Source: an uncultured Gaiellaceae bacterium (lineage in GTDB: Bacteria > Actinomycetota > Thermoleophilia > Gaiellales > Gaiellaceae). From it: a stretch of DNA of 64,000 nucleotides. Positions within the stretch are counted from its first letter, which is position 1. Every line of letters begins with the position of its first letter. Both the position numbers and the translations under genes were made by a program. Below are positions 41,792-51,588 of this stretch, piece by piece. Under the pieces are notes generated by a model. The model saw only the letters and a list, made by a program, of their open reading frames with translations. It had not been told where the DNA came from and made no database searches. The DNA lies in contig CAVPXQ010000007.1 of NCBI GenBank assembly GCA_963709715.1, positions 72,384 through 136,383 of the forward strand, given 5' to 3'.

Positions 41792-43267
41792 CTTCCGGAA
41801 GACGACCACGCCGTCGCGCTCGGACACCTTGATCCAGGCCGGATCGCGTTTCAAGTCCTCCGCGAAGGCACGGACGATCTCCGGATGCCGCGTGAGGATG
41901 GGCGAGTCGCCTCTCACGGTCCACGGATCCCCGAGATCCACGACCGCCCACGTCGCGCGCCTCAGGTTCGGAACGGAGTAGACGTACCGGCGCGCGGAGA
42001 GGTGTGCACCGGCGGTATTGGACGCCGTGACGGGCGCATCAGCCGGAACGGAAGCGACGGCCGCGGCCAGCGCCGCGACGCGAGGTCCGGCGACGTTCAC
42101 CCGCCCGCCCAGAGGCGTGACGCCGATCGCGCGCGGCCACGGACCGACGACGAGCGCGAGCGTCCCGGAGCACACGAGGATGGCCGCGGCAGCGAGGCCT
42201 CGCCTCGAGGCGCGTAGCTTCGCGACGCCGAGCACCGTCGCTGCGATGAGGAACGGAATCACCGCGGCGACGCTGTGGTAGCGCGGGTCGGACATCGAGC
42301 GAAAGTCAGAGAGCGTGTTCGCGAGGAGCTGCGGCAGCGCCACGAGCGCGAGCCATGGCGAGAGGACGAAGAGGAAGAGCAGCGGGAGGCCGAGCCAGAC
42401 GACGTACGCGATGTCGTGCGACTCGACGAGCGCACCGAGCACGGCCCCGGGGTCGGTGACGAGCTTCCGCAGCACCCCCTGCGGAGAGCCTCCGACGTCG
42501 TCGTAAAAGCCGAAGAACATGCTGCTGTCGCCGGCGGCGAACGCGGGAACGATCACGTAGATGGCAACGAAGCTCCACGCCAGCCCGGCGACCGCGGTCA
42601 CCGTGCCGGCAAGCCGCCGCCGGCGAGCGAGTGCGAACCAGACCCCGAGCCCCAGAATCGGCAGACCCATGAGCTCTCCGGTGGACATGGTGAGCGCCGC
42701 GAATACCGCGAAGAGGACGAGTCTGTCCGTGTCGAGAGACCAGACGCAGAAGAGCAGGAACGGGATGGCGAACGTCACCGGGTGAATCGCGGCGAACGCG
42801 CTCGTTGCCACCCACGGATACGCGAGGTAGCCGAGCGCGAGCACGCCGGCGATCCGCTCGTCCTCCAGGTGCTTCCGGCCGAGCCAGAACACCGGGAGTG
42901 CGCCGAGCGAGACGACCGCGATCTGTGCGAACGCCAACGACAGGGGCGACGGCCAGATCATCCAGAGCGGCGTGAGCAGGACGAGGAACGGATCGACGTG
43001 GCCCCCGAGCCTCACGATCTGCTCTCCGGTCGCGCCGTGCGACGTCTCGAGCGGTCGCCCCTGCGAGGTGCTCCAGACGGCCTGCACCATGTTCCCGAGG
43101 TCGAAGCGGCCGACTCGGAACGACACGAATGCATCGCGCGCGAGCGCGAAGAGCACGCCTGTCCAGACGGCCATAGAGCACCAGATCGCGATCGTCCACG
43201 CTCGTTCCCGCGCGAGCCCCGACACGCCCACGCGCGGTTTCGCGTCGGTGACGACCGAGCTCGTCAT
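41780..43267 (-). CDS. DUF2079 domain-containing membrane protein
   Basis: ATG 43267 overlaps the upstream stop (ATGA). MTSSVVTDAKPR...GRFDLGNMVQAVWSTSQGRPLE...GGHVDPFLVLL.... 495 aa, polytopic. Confidence 0.7.
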   Translation of the reverse strand: MTSSVVTDAKPRVGVSGLARERAWTIAIWCSMAVWTGVLFALARDAFVSFRVGRFDLGNMVQAVWSTSQGRPLETSHGATGEQIVRLGGHVDPFLVLLTPLWMIWPSPLSLAFAQIAVVSLGALPVFWLGRKHLEDERIAGVLALGYLAYPWVATSAFAAIHPVTFAIPFLLFCVWSLDTDRLVLFAVFAALTMSTGELMGLPILGLGVWFALARRRRLAGTVTAVAGLAWSFVAIYVIVPAFAAGDSSMFFGFYDDVGGSPQGVLRKLVTDPGAVLGALVESHDIAYVVWLGLPLLFLFVLSPWLALVALPQLLANTLSDFRSMSDPRYHSVAAVIPFLIAATVLGVAKLRASRRGLAAAAILVCSGTLALVVGPWPRAIGVTPLGGRVNVAGPRVAALAAAVASVPADAPVTASNTAGAHLSARRYVYSVPNLRRATWAVVDLGDPWTVRGDSPILTRHPEIVRAFAEDLKRDPAWIKVSERDGVVVFRKLTG

Positions 43268-44421
43268 GCCGGCTCCGCCGCGAAAGTCGATTCGGGCGCC
43301 GGCGACACGAAGGGAGCGCGTGCACGCGTCCTCCGAAGCGCGAGCGCGATGGTGATTGCGGCGATGACGAGCGTCGCAGCCGTTTCGAACGGCGTCGGGT
43401 GTCCGCTCCCGGGTGTGACGACCATCGCGAGCGGGAGAAACCAGAGCAGACCAAGCCGCGGTTGGGCCAGCGCAACGACGAGCAGGAGGAGCGCGAAGTA
43501 GTGCAGCCACACGATCGGGCTCAGGGCAAGGGCCGTGGCAATGGCGAGAACAAACGCCGACCGCTCGTCCCCGCGGCGCCCCGCCCGAACGAGCCCCACC
43601 ACGAGCGCAACACCGACCGCCAGCCACAGCCCACGCGCGGCGGCCGAGGGAAGCCCGAGATCGAGGCCGACGATGTAGAGCGTGTAGGAGTCGTCGCCGA
43701 CGGAGTCGTCGAGGCGACGCATGAGGTCCGGATAGTCGACCAGGCCGGCGAAGCCGATCGCGGCCCATGAGACAGCGATGATCAGGAGGCCGATCGCGAT
43801 GGAGAGCACGGCGCTCAGTGCACGGCGTGTGGCGGCGAACCAGATCGCCAGCGGCCAGAAAAAGAACTTCGCCGCCAGGGTAACCCCGACGGCCGCCGGG
43901 GCAGCCAGACGCCGATCGCGGTACCGCCACGCGAGCGCCGCGGCGAGGCCGAGGAAGAGCGTCATGTTCCCGGTCTGGATCGCGTTCCAGACCGGCGGCC
44001 ACAGGAAGATGACCCCGTAGCAGCGCCAGTCACGCACTCCGAGCACGAACGGAATCGCGACTGCCGAGACCGTCAGCAGCAGCATGACGACCACACCGGC
44101 GACGTCGAAAGGCACGATGCGAAACGGGATCGAGAGGAGGGCACCAAGCGGGGGGTACACGTACGCGCCCGTCGCGGCTGTCAGCGGATCGTCGGCGGCC
44201 GGATAGGGCGATACGCCGTCCAGGATCGCGCCCGCGGCGCGATAGAACGGACGGAAGTCGAACGCGAGCGTGCCGTCTCCGGTCATCGACTCGTAGAAGA
44301 CGATGAGTGCGAACGCTGGGAGCAGGCCGCAGAAGACGATCGCGGCGTACGAGCGCACGCGCTCGGTGACGCTCGACCCGAGTAGGCGAGGCAGCGAGGG
44401 TGCCTGCTCGTGGCCCGTCAT
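43264..44421 (-). CDS. GT87 (DUF2029, PimE-like) polyprenol-phosphate-mannose-dependent glycosyltransferase, paralogue 1
   Basis: From ATG 44421. FDFRPFYRAAGAILDGVSPYP...YVYPPLGALL...AAKFFFWPL...SPIVWLHYFALLL. 385 aa. Confidence 0.8.
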   Translation of the reverse strand: MTGHEQAPSLPRLLGSSVTERVRSYAAIVFCGLLPAFALIVFYESMTGDGTLAFDFRPFYRAAGAILDGVSPYPAADDPLTAATGAYVYPPLGALLSIPFRIVPFDVAGVVVMLLLTVSAVAIPFVLGVRDWRCYGVIFLWPPVWNAIQTGNMTLFLGLAAALAWRYRDRRLAAPAAVGVTLAAKFFFWPLAIWFAATRRALSAVLSIAIGLLIIAVSWAAIGFAGLVDYPDLMRRLDDSVGDDSYTLYIVGLDLGLPSAAARGLWLAVGVALVVGLVRAGRRGDERSAFVLAIATALALSPIVWLHYFALLLLVVALAQPRLGLLWFLPLAMVVTPGSGHPTPFETAATLVIAAITIALALRRTRARAPFVSPAPESTFAAEPA

Positions 44422-45536
44422 GCCGGGTCGGGCACCAGGTTCGAACGAGGCTCCGGTCGAAGCACGATCGCAGCGACGACGATCCCGGTGACCACGAGGG
44501 GGAGGAAGGGCTCGAGTCCAACGCCGTTTCCGGAGCGCGGGCACACCCAGAGCACTATCGGCAGCAGCCAGATCGCCGAGAAGCGCGGCCGCGCGATCCC
44601 CAGTGGGACGGCCAGCAACACGAGGTAGTGCAGCCAGACGATCGGGCTCAACGCGACAGCGGCTGCGATTGCCAGGAAGAACGAGCGCTCGTCGTCTCCC
44701 CGACGGGCGAGCACGAAGCAGCCGGCGACGAGAAGCCCGCCCACGAGCAGCGTTACCGTCCGTCCGCCGGATACGCCGAACCCCTGTGCTTCTGCGACGT
44801 CCTCGATCGAGTAGCTGCTCTCGTCCGTGATTCGGGAGAGAAGGTCGGGGTACGTCGTCAGCCCCGCGAACCCGATCAGAGCCCACGTCTCGAACGTCGT
44901 CACGAGACCCACCGCGACCGCGATCGCGCCCGCGGCAAGGCGGCGCGTGGCAAGCGCCCACCCGAGGAGCGGCCAGAGGAAGATCTTCACCCCCACCTAC
45001 GAACCGATCGCTCCTCCGAGCCGCCACGAGCTCTCGCGGTATCGCCACGCGAGGGCGACTCCGAATGCAAGCAGAGCCGAGACGTTCGCCGTCTCGAGCG
45101 CGTTCCAGCCGGGTGCCCACAGGACCACGACGGCGTAGCAACGCACGTCCCGGATGCCTACCAGCGCCAGTGCGCCCATGAGGGCCGCGAGCGACACGAG
45201 CACGGCGAGGACCGCGGCGGCATCCGACGACAGCACGGTCAGCGGAACCGCGGCGAACGCGAGCTGCGGCGGGTAGTGGTACGCCGTCAGCTCGCCGGGC
45301 TGCGGGTCCGACGGATCGGCAGGGTACGGGGAGCCGCCGTCCGCGACGAGCTCGGCGGCGGGCAGGTACGCGACGCGAAAGTCCCAACCGAGCCTCTCTG
45401 GGTCGGACCGGCGGTATGCGCTGAAGAGGCCCGTGAGCAGGATCCCGGCGGAGGCGACCAGCACTGTCGTGGAGACGACCCAACGCCAGCCGCGCGCGCC
45501 GCGCCCGGGCACGAGCGTCGGCGCCTCTGCGATCAC
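44418..45536 (-). pseudogene. GT87 (DUF2029) glycosyltransferase, paralogue 2, interrupted by an in-frame TAG
   Basis: ORFs 44997..45803 and 44418..44996 share one frame, separated only by TAG at 44997-44999: ...RLGGAIGS*VGVKIFLWPLLGW.... GTG 45536 overlaps the stop of paralogue 3 (GTGA). Confidence 0.75.
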
Positions 45537-46666
45537 ATCGAAGCCTCGGCGGCCGGCTCGCGTACCTGCTCGAGCGGTCGCGGCCGCCACAGCAGTGCGC
45601 CGAGGAGGATCACCGCTGCGATCGCGGGCATCACCGTCGGAAGTCCTTCGGCGTATCCGGGTTTCGGGCTCACCCAGAGAAGCATCGGCAGCAGCCACAG
45701 GAGCGAGAAGCGCGGGCGGAGGATCGCGGTCGGGACGATCAGGGCGACGAGGTAGTGGAGCCACACGATCGGGCTCAATGCAAGTGTCGCTGCGACCGCG
45801 CACGTGAACGAGCGGGCATCGTCACCCTGTCGCGCGAAGGCGATGCACCCGACCAGCAGCCCGCCTCCGACGATCGCGATGAGCGCGTGCCCGACCGCCG
45901 AGCCGAGCCCGAGCTCCGTCGCGATCCCGAGGAACGAGTAGCTGCGCTCGGCCTGGATCTCCGAGAGACGCCGCAGGAGGTCCGGGTATCCCGTGAACCC
46001 GTCGAATCCGATGACCGCCCACGACGCGAGCGTCACGGCCATACCGAGAGCCACCGACAGGACGACCGTTCGCCAGCGCCTCGTGGCGCCCAGCCACACG
46101 AACAGCGGCCAGAAGAGGAGCTTCGCCGACACAGAGAGGCCGAGCGCGACCGACGGAGGCCAGACGTGGTCGCGGTAGCGCCAGACGACAGCGAGCGCGA
46201 ACGCGAGAGGGATGGAGACGTTGCCGAGGAGAACACCGCTGATCGCCGGGACCCACAGCAACGCTGCCGCGTAGCAGCGCACGTCGCGCACCCCGAGGAT
46301 CCGCAGCGTCAGCAGGAGCAGCGCTATCAGCCCAGCCGCGACGAGCGCGGACGCAAGCCACACCGGAAGCGGCGTAAGGGGGAGGAGGACGAGGAGGAGC
46401 TGTGGCGGGTAGACGTAGCCCTTCTGCTCGTCGAGGATCGGGTCGTCGAGAGCCGGATAGGGCGAGTCGCCCGAGAGAATCGCGTCCGCCGCCGGGAGGT
46501 ACGCGAACCGCACGTCCCACGAGAGGAGCCCCTCGGCCGCGCTCATCCCCACGAGCCCGACCATCACAGTGACGGCGAGGAAGACCAGCGCCACCGTCGC
46601 GAGCCCGCGACGAGAGGCGTGTCCGTTCTCGGTCCACGGACCACCCGGGTCGGTGGCCGACCTCAT
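45533..46666 (-). CDS. GT87 (DUF2029) glycosyltransferase, paralogue 3
   Basis: From ATG 46666. WDVRFAYLPAADAILSGDSPYP...YVYPPQLLL...SAKLLFWPL...SPIVWLHYLVALI. 377 aa. Confidence 0.8.
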   Translation of the reverse strand: MRSATDPGGPWTENGHASRRGLATVALVFLAVTVMVGLVGMSAAEGLLSWDVRFAYLPAADAILSGDSPYPALDDPILDEQKGYVYPPQLLLVLLPLTPLPVWLASALVAAGLIALLLLTLRILGVRDVRCYAAALLWVPAISGVLLGNVSIPLAFALAVVWRYRDHVWPPSVALGLSVSAKLLFWPLFVWLGATRRWRTVVLSVALGMAVTLASWAVIGFDGFTGYPDLLRRLSEIQAERSYSFLGIATELGLGSAVGHALIAIVGGGLLVGCIAFARQGDDARSFTCAVAATLALSPIVWLHYLVALIVPTAILRPRFSLLWLLPMLLWVSPKPGYAEGLPTVMPAIAAVILLGALLWRPRPLEQVREPAAEASM

Positions 46667-46828
46667 CGCACCATGATGGCCTCGCGAGCGGAGGACGCCA
46701 CTGCCGTAAGGTCGTGACAAATCCCACCCAACGGCCAGTTGAAGAACCGCCCGAGCCGCCGCAAGGTGTTGACGAGGGTTAATTGGGGCAGGCCGGCGAA
46801 GTCTCCGGCCAAAGGAGGGTTCATCTCG

Positions 46829-47042
46829 ATGTACGACCTCGTCATGCGACCGCTGGTTCGGCTTCAGATTGCCGTGAACCGAGCTGCGGGAGCGTGAGGA
46901 TGGCCAGACGACGACCGAGTACGCAATCCTGCTCGGCTTCCTCGCGATCGCCATCATCATCGCGCTCTTCTTCCTCAGGGACATTCTTCGCGGTCTCTTC
47001 TCGGACGCCGCGAGCAGCGTCTCGAACGCGCCCGGGCCGTAG
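46829..47042 (+). CDS. flp: Flp family type IVb pilin, copy 1 (1-nt insertion in the leader region)
   Basis: GGAGGG sits 8 nt upstream of the ATG. MYDLVMRPLVRLQIAV..., then after an extra C near 46878 (AACCGAG versus TACGAG in copy 3), ELREREDGQTTTEYAILLGFLAIAIIIALFFLRDILRGLFSDAASSVSNAPGP*. Confidence 0.7.
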
Positions 47043-47063
47043 GCAACAAGGCCCGCGGTTGAC

Positions 47064-47091
47064 CCTGCGGCCCGCTGCGGCGGGCCGCAGG
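47064..47091 (+). terminator. stem-loop after flp copy 1
   Basis: Perfect 12-bp inverted repeat CCTGCGGCCCGC-TGCG-GCGGGCCGCAGG, 22 nt after the stop. There is no strong T tract. Confidence 0.5.
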
Positions 47092-47230
47092 TGCGTTCCG
47101 AGACCTCCCGTCCGTGCAGCGCAATCCCCCCCTTTTGGTGGTGGAGACGTCGTCGAGACACGCCGACGGTCAGTGGTGAACAGTCAACCGGGGCGGCGCC
47201 GTCGCCTCCGACCGAGGGAGGACATCCTCG

Positions 47231-47444
47231 ATGCACGATCTCCTTTTGCGTCCGCTCGTCGCGACTGCAGGTCGCAGTGTTCGAGCTGCGGGAGCGTGAG
47301 GATGGCCAGACGACGACCGAGTACGCGATCCTGCTCGGCTTTCTCGCGATCGCCATCATCATCGCGCTCTTCTTCCTCAGGAACGTTCTCCGCGGTCTCT
47401 TCTCGAAGGCGGCGAGCAGCGTTTCGAACGCACCCGGGCCGTAA
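47231..47444 (+). CDS. flp: Flp family type IVb pilin, copy 2 (1-nt insertion in the leader region)
   Basis: GGGAGG upstream. MHDLLLRPLVA, then after an extra base near 47262 (GCGACTGCAG versus GCACTGCAG), LQVAVFELREREDGQTTTEYAILLGFLAIAIIIALFFLRNVLRGLFSKAASSVSNAPGP*. Confidence 0.7.
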
Positions 47445-47467
47445 GCAACAACGGCCACGAAAGAGCC

Positions 47468-47494
47468 CTGCGGCCCGCCTCCGGCGGGCCGCAG
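47468..47494 (+). terminator. stem-loop after flp copy 2
   Basis: 12-bp inverted repeat CTGCGGCCCGCC-TCC-GGCGGGCCGCAG. Confidence 0.5.
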
Positions 47495-47646
47495 TCGTTC
47501 TCCGAAGGTCTAGTCGAAACCCATCCATCGGCCGGTTGCCCCGGAGCCCGCTCCTGAGGAATCTGAGGGAGCCCAGCGAAGTCAGACGGGCAACCAGTCA
47601 CATGCAGGGGCAGTTTTGCCCCTCTGACCGGAGGAGGAACCTCCAC

Positions 47647-47859
47647 ATGACCGACATCCTGATGCGTCCGCTCGTTGCACTGCAGGTCGCGGTGTACGAG
47701 CTGCGGGAGCGTGAGGATGGCCAGACGACGACCGAGTATGCAATTCTGCTCGGCTTCCTCGCGATCGCCATCATCATCGCGCTCTTCTTCCTCAGGAACG
47801 TTCTCCGCGGTCTCTTCTCGAGCGCGGCGAGCAGCGTCTCGAACGCGCCTGGGCCGTAG
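47647..47859 (+). CDS. flp: Flp family type IVb pilin, copy 3 (intact)
   Basis: GGAGGAGG upstream. MTDILMRPLVALQVAVYELREREDG/QTTTEYAILLGFLAIAIIIALFFLRNVLRGLFSSAASSVSNAPGP carries the G/xxxxEY prepilin processing motif and a hydrophobic helix. 70 aa. Confidence 0.85.
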   Translation: MTDILMRPLVALQVAVYELREREDGQTTTEYAILLGFLAIAIIIALFFLRNVLRGLFSSAASSVSNAPGP

Positions 47860-47902
47860 GGAACAGGTGCCGGCCGTCTCACGAGACGGTCAGCAGAAGG
47901 TG

Positions 47903-47940
47903 TGCGCCGACCCGGTTACCCCCTCGACCGGGTCGGCGCA
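47903..47940 (+). terminator. stem-loop after flp copy 3
   Basis: 14-bp perfect inverted repeat TGCGCCGACCCGGT-(10 nt)-ACCGGGTCGGCGCA. A smaller hairpin precedes it at 47874-47889. Confidence 0.5.
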
Positions 47941-48273
47941 TACGCCGTTCGGAAGGCGGTTTCCAGGGGTTTTTCGATACAGCCCTTCCGGAATCCGACC
48001 GACGACGGCACAATGGGTGGCTAGGGACAGGACAGCAACTGTCATCCGGGGAGGGAGACAGACGCTTCAGAAGAGACAAGGGTTCGAAGGGGAGACTCGA
48101 CACGCGATTGCCTCGGCGAGGTGTGCCACGGCAACTCCTAGTCGAACGACCAGTGGCGGTTCAGCCATCAGGCTCGGATGATTAGGTGCTGCAGCGTCGA
48201 ATGCTCATGTGATCCCTCGAAAGTGCCGACATAAGCACCGCATGGAACGGATCTGAGGAGAGGAAGCCCCCAA

Positions 48274-49143
48274 ATGTCCAACACGTTCACAGGAAAGGTC
48301 TCGGGCAGGATGTCGTCCCGCGGATGGGCGATTGCCCTCGGCATTGGCGCCGTCGTGCTCGCTGCGATCCTGCTCGTCGTCTATCTCGATCGCTATCGCG
48401 CCCGCGTCGGTGGCGAGAACGCCCCGACGCCGGTGCTCGTCGCGAAGCAGCTCATCCCGACAGGGACGCCTGGCTCGATCGTTGCGACGAACAGCATGTA
48501 CGCGGCGACGACGCTCCCGCGCAAGGACGTCGAGGTCGGAGCCGTCTCCGATCCGACGTACCTCGCGGGCCGCGCAGCCGCAGCCGACATCTTTCCTGGC
48601 CAGCAGATCACGTCCACCGACTTCGCGGCGTCCGACACCGCGTCCGTCGACTCGCAGATCACGGGCGTCGAGCGCGCGATCTCGGTTCAGCTCGACAACG
48701 TGCACGGATCGCTGTCACAGCTGCAGGCCGGTGACTCCGTCGACGTGTACACGGCCGTCGCCGGCACGGTGAGGCTGTTCCGCCCGAACGTCAAGGTGCT
48801 CACGGTTCCGGCGATCCCGGGCCCGAGCGGCGGATCGAACCTCGTGCTGCGGATCGTGACGAAGGACGCGGCCAACTGGGCTTATGCGGCCGACAACACG
48901 CAGCTCTGGTTCGTCCTCCGCCCGGTCGTGGGAGCGAAGCCGACGAAGCCGTCGACCGCCAACGCCTCTACGGTGACGAGGGTAGAAGGGAGCCAGAGAG
49001 GGACAGCCGATGCCGAGCCGCCCGGTACAAGCACTTCTCGCCGTCGAGCCTGGCGTCGACGTCGAGAACGTGAAGGACTCGCTGCCTGGCGGCGAGGACT
49101 TCAACGTCGTCGGCATCGTCGAACGGGGCCGACGAGGCAATGA
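48274..49143 (+). CDS. cpaB: Flp pilus assembly protein CpaB/RcpC (SAF domain), 3' end uncertain
   Basis: N-terminal TM WAIALGIGAVVLAAILLVVYL, then VLVAKQLIPTGTPG...DIFPGQQITSTDF.... The last 55 aa or so are Arg-rich and overlap tadZ, so the real stop is probably near 48975-49000 (for example TGA 48974-48976 in another frame). Confidence 0.75.
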   Translation: MSNTFTGKVSGRMSSRGWAIALGIGAVVLAAILLVVYLDRYRARVGGENAPTPVLVAKQLIPTGTPGSIVATNSMYAATTLPRKDVEVGAVSDPTYLAGRAAAADIFPGQQITSTDFAASDTASVDSQITGVERAISVQLDNVHGSLSQLQAGDSVDVYTAVAGTVRLFRPNVKVLTVPAIPGPSGGSNLVLRIVTKDAANWAYAADNTQLWFVLRPVVGAKPTKPSTANASTVTRVEGSQRGTADAEPPGTSTSRRRAWRRRREREGLAAWRRGLQRRRHRRTGPTRQ

Positions 49144-50237
49144 CGTGGCTGCGCGGCGGCGTCGCCGACCTGCTGCTCGTCGCCTGCGCCGGCTACTCGG
49201 ACCGCGCCCTGCTGCTCCTCGACGGGGTGGCCCGCCAGAACCCCGAGCTGAACGTGATGGTGCTCGGGCACGGGTCGCCCAACGGCTTCCTCAGGCGCGC
49301 GTTCGAGGCCGGCGCAGACGACATCGTCATGCTCCCGGCGACGCCGGAGCAGATCCGCTTCGAGATCCACAAGCTCATGGCCCGCAAGCAGGGTGACAGA
49401 CCAGCCCGCGATCAACGAGAACTCGCGGCTCGTCTGCGTCCTCGGGCCGAAGGGCGGCACCGGCAAGACGCTGACCTCGACGAACCTCTCCGTCTGCCTC
49501 GCGCAGCGCGGCGAGAAGGTCGCGCTCATCGACCTCGACCTCCAGTTCGGCGACGTGGCTCTCTGTCTCGGGCTGCCGCCGGAGAAGACCGTGTACGACC
49601 TCGCGCAGTCTCCCGGCGCGCTCGACTGGGACAAGCTGCAGGCGTTCATGGCGCAGCACTCCTCGGGCGTGCACACGCTCATCGCGCCGCGCCGGCCCGA
49701 CCAGGCGAGCGCCGTCGGAGCCGAGCTCCTGCGCGAGATCTACTCGATCCTGCGCCAGAACTACGACTGGGTCATCGTCGACACGCCGCCGGGCTTCACG
49801 GCCGAGGTCATCACGTCGATCGACCACTCGACGGACATCGTCATGGTCGGGATGCTCGACTCCCTCTCGCTCAAGAACACGAAGCTCGGGCTCGAGACGC
49901 TCGAGCTCATGAAGTACGACACCGATCACATCTACCTGCTGCTGAACCGCGCGCACAGCCGGGTCGGCATCAGCCAGTCCGACGTGGAAGCCGTGCTCGG
50001 GCGCACGCCCGACGTCTTCATCCCGTCCGACCGCGAGATCCCGCGCACCGTGAACGAGGGCATCCCGATCGTCGTCGCCCGGCCGCAGTCCGAGCCGGCC
50101 GAGGCGTTCGGGCGGCTGACCGACCTGCTCATGGGCGAGCCGCCTGGCAGCACGCAGCCGGTTCCTGTTATGGCGGCAGCCGTCGACGAGCTCCTCCGCC
50201 CACCTCTCGCCGTCGGCTCTTCGGACGAAAGGGCTAG
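49010..50237 (+). pseudogene. tadZ: TadZ/CpaE pilus-assembly ATPase-like protein (receiver-like N-domain plus MinD/ParA domain), 2-3 frameshifts
   Basis: MPSRPVQALLAVEPGVDVENVKDSL... / MTWLRGGVADLLLVAC...DIVMLPATPEQIRFEIHKL / ...SRLVCVLGPKGGTGKTLTSTNLS...WVIVDTPPGF.... Shifts lie near 49125 and 49395. The likely C-terminus is ...RRLFGRKG* at 50237. Confidence 0.8.
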
Positions 50238-50240
50238 GTC

Positions 50241-51588
50241 ATGGAACTCCACGAGCGAATCTCCAGTCAGCGCGGCCCCGTCAGAGAGCAGGAGCCGTTC
50301 GCCGAGCTCAAGAACCGCGTCCACATGAGCGTCATCTCCGAGCTCGGCCCGCAGCTCTTCAACATCTCGGTCGACCCGAACGAGCTGCGCGACCGCGTCA
50401 CCGCGGACGTGCGCCGGCTCCTGAACGACGAGCCGGGTATCGCCCGCGAAGACCGCGAGCGGCTCACGTCGGAGATCCTCGACGACATCCTCGGCTACGG
50501 GCCGCTCGAGCGCCTGCTCGCGGACGACTCGATCACCGAGGTCATGTGCAACGGCCCGGACGACGTCTGGATCGAGCGCGGCGGGAAGCTCTACGAGACG
50601 ACCGTCCGCTTCACGGACGAGTCGCACCTGCGCCGCATCATCAACAAGATCGTGTCGCAGATCGGGCGCCGCATCGACGAGTCGTCGCCGATGGTCGACG
50701 CGCGTCTCCCCGACGGAAGCCGCGTGAACGCGGTCATCGCGCCGCTCTCGCTCTCGGGCCCGCTCCTGACGATCCGGAAGTTCAGCCGCCGGCGCCTCTC
50801 GCTCGAGGACATGATCAACATCGGCTCGCTCTCGGAGGAGTCGCGTCGAGTTCCTGTCCCGCTGCATCGAGGCGCAGTGCAACATGCTCATCTCGGGCGG
50901 CACGGGCTCGGGCAAGACGACGCTCCTGAACGCGCTCTCGTCGTCGATCCCGAACAACGAGCGCATCGTGACGATCGAGGACGCCGCGGAGCTCCAGCTC
51001 CACCAGCGGCACGTGCTCCGCCTCGAGGCCCGCCCGCCGAACATCGAGGGCGAGGGCCACATCCCGATCCGCGACCTCGTGCGCAACTCGCTGCGCATGC
51101 GGCCCGACCGGATCATCGTCGGCGAGGTTCGCGGCGCCGAGGCGCTCGACATGCTCCAGGCGATGAACACGGGCCACGACGGCTCGCTCTCGACGGTGCA
51201 CTCGAACTCGCCTCGCGACGGTCTCCACCGCATCGAGACGATGGTGATGATGGCCGGCTACGACCTGCCGCTGCGCGCGATCCGCCAGCACATCGCGGCG
51301 GCGCTCGACCTGCTCGTGCACATCGACCGCATGGAGGACGGCTCGCGGCGCGTCGTCGCGGTCACCGAGGTGCTCCGCATGGAGTCGGACGTCATCCAGC
51401 TGCAGGACATCTTCGAGTTCGAGATCGAGTCGGTCGCTCCCGATCGCACGATCACCGGCGCGCTCAGACCGACCGGCCTGCGCCCCGTCTTCCTCGACAA
51501 GTTCCGCAAGCGCGGCATCGAGCTCCCGCAGAGCATGTTCGGCGAGCGCGTCCACTCCCTCGACGAGCGCCGGGGCGCAACGGCGTGA
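50241..51588 (+). CDS. tadA: TadA/CpaF secretion ATPase (one frameshift near 50845)
   Basis: [10 protein letters not shown]...[23 protein letters not shown]... joins ...[20 protein letters not shown] (Walker A)...[10 protein letters not shown]...[13 protein letters not shown] (ORF 50884..51588). Confidence 0.9.

Noticed and set aside
44997-44999. In-frame TAG in GT87 paralogue 2, considered as programmed read-through or pyrrolysine
   Set aside because: The window has no pyl genes and no PYLIS-like context. The aligned position in the paralogues is an ordinary Ser/Thr, and TAG is one substitution from TCG. A nonsense mutation or base-call error is the simpler explanation.
46829-47859. Roughly 400-bp periodic repeats, considered as a possible CRISPR-like or satellite array
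   Set aside because: The repeated units are about 170 nt long and protein-coding (Flp pilin). The spacers hold ribosome-binding sites and terminator hairpins. There are no short direct repeats of CRISPR size and no cas genes in the window.
46700-47882. Thrice-repeated minus-strand peptide ...AYGPGAFETLLAA.EKRPRR..LRKKSAMMMAIARKPSRIAYSVVVWPSSRSRSS (in ORFs 45533..47458 and 47598..47882)
   Set aside because: It is the antisense translation of the three flp genes. The plus strand carries the ribosome-binding sites, the G/xxxxEY prepilin motif and downstream hairpins, so plus is the coding strand.
48081-48088. GGTTCGAA, a tRNA T-loop-like motif in the cpaB upstream spacer
   Set aside because: The flanking bases cannot form a T-stem (CAAGG is followed by GGGGA, not CCTTG). 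No acceptor or anticodon arms can be drawn either.
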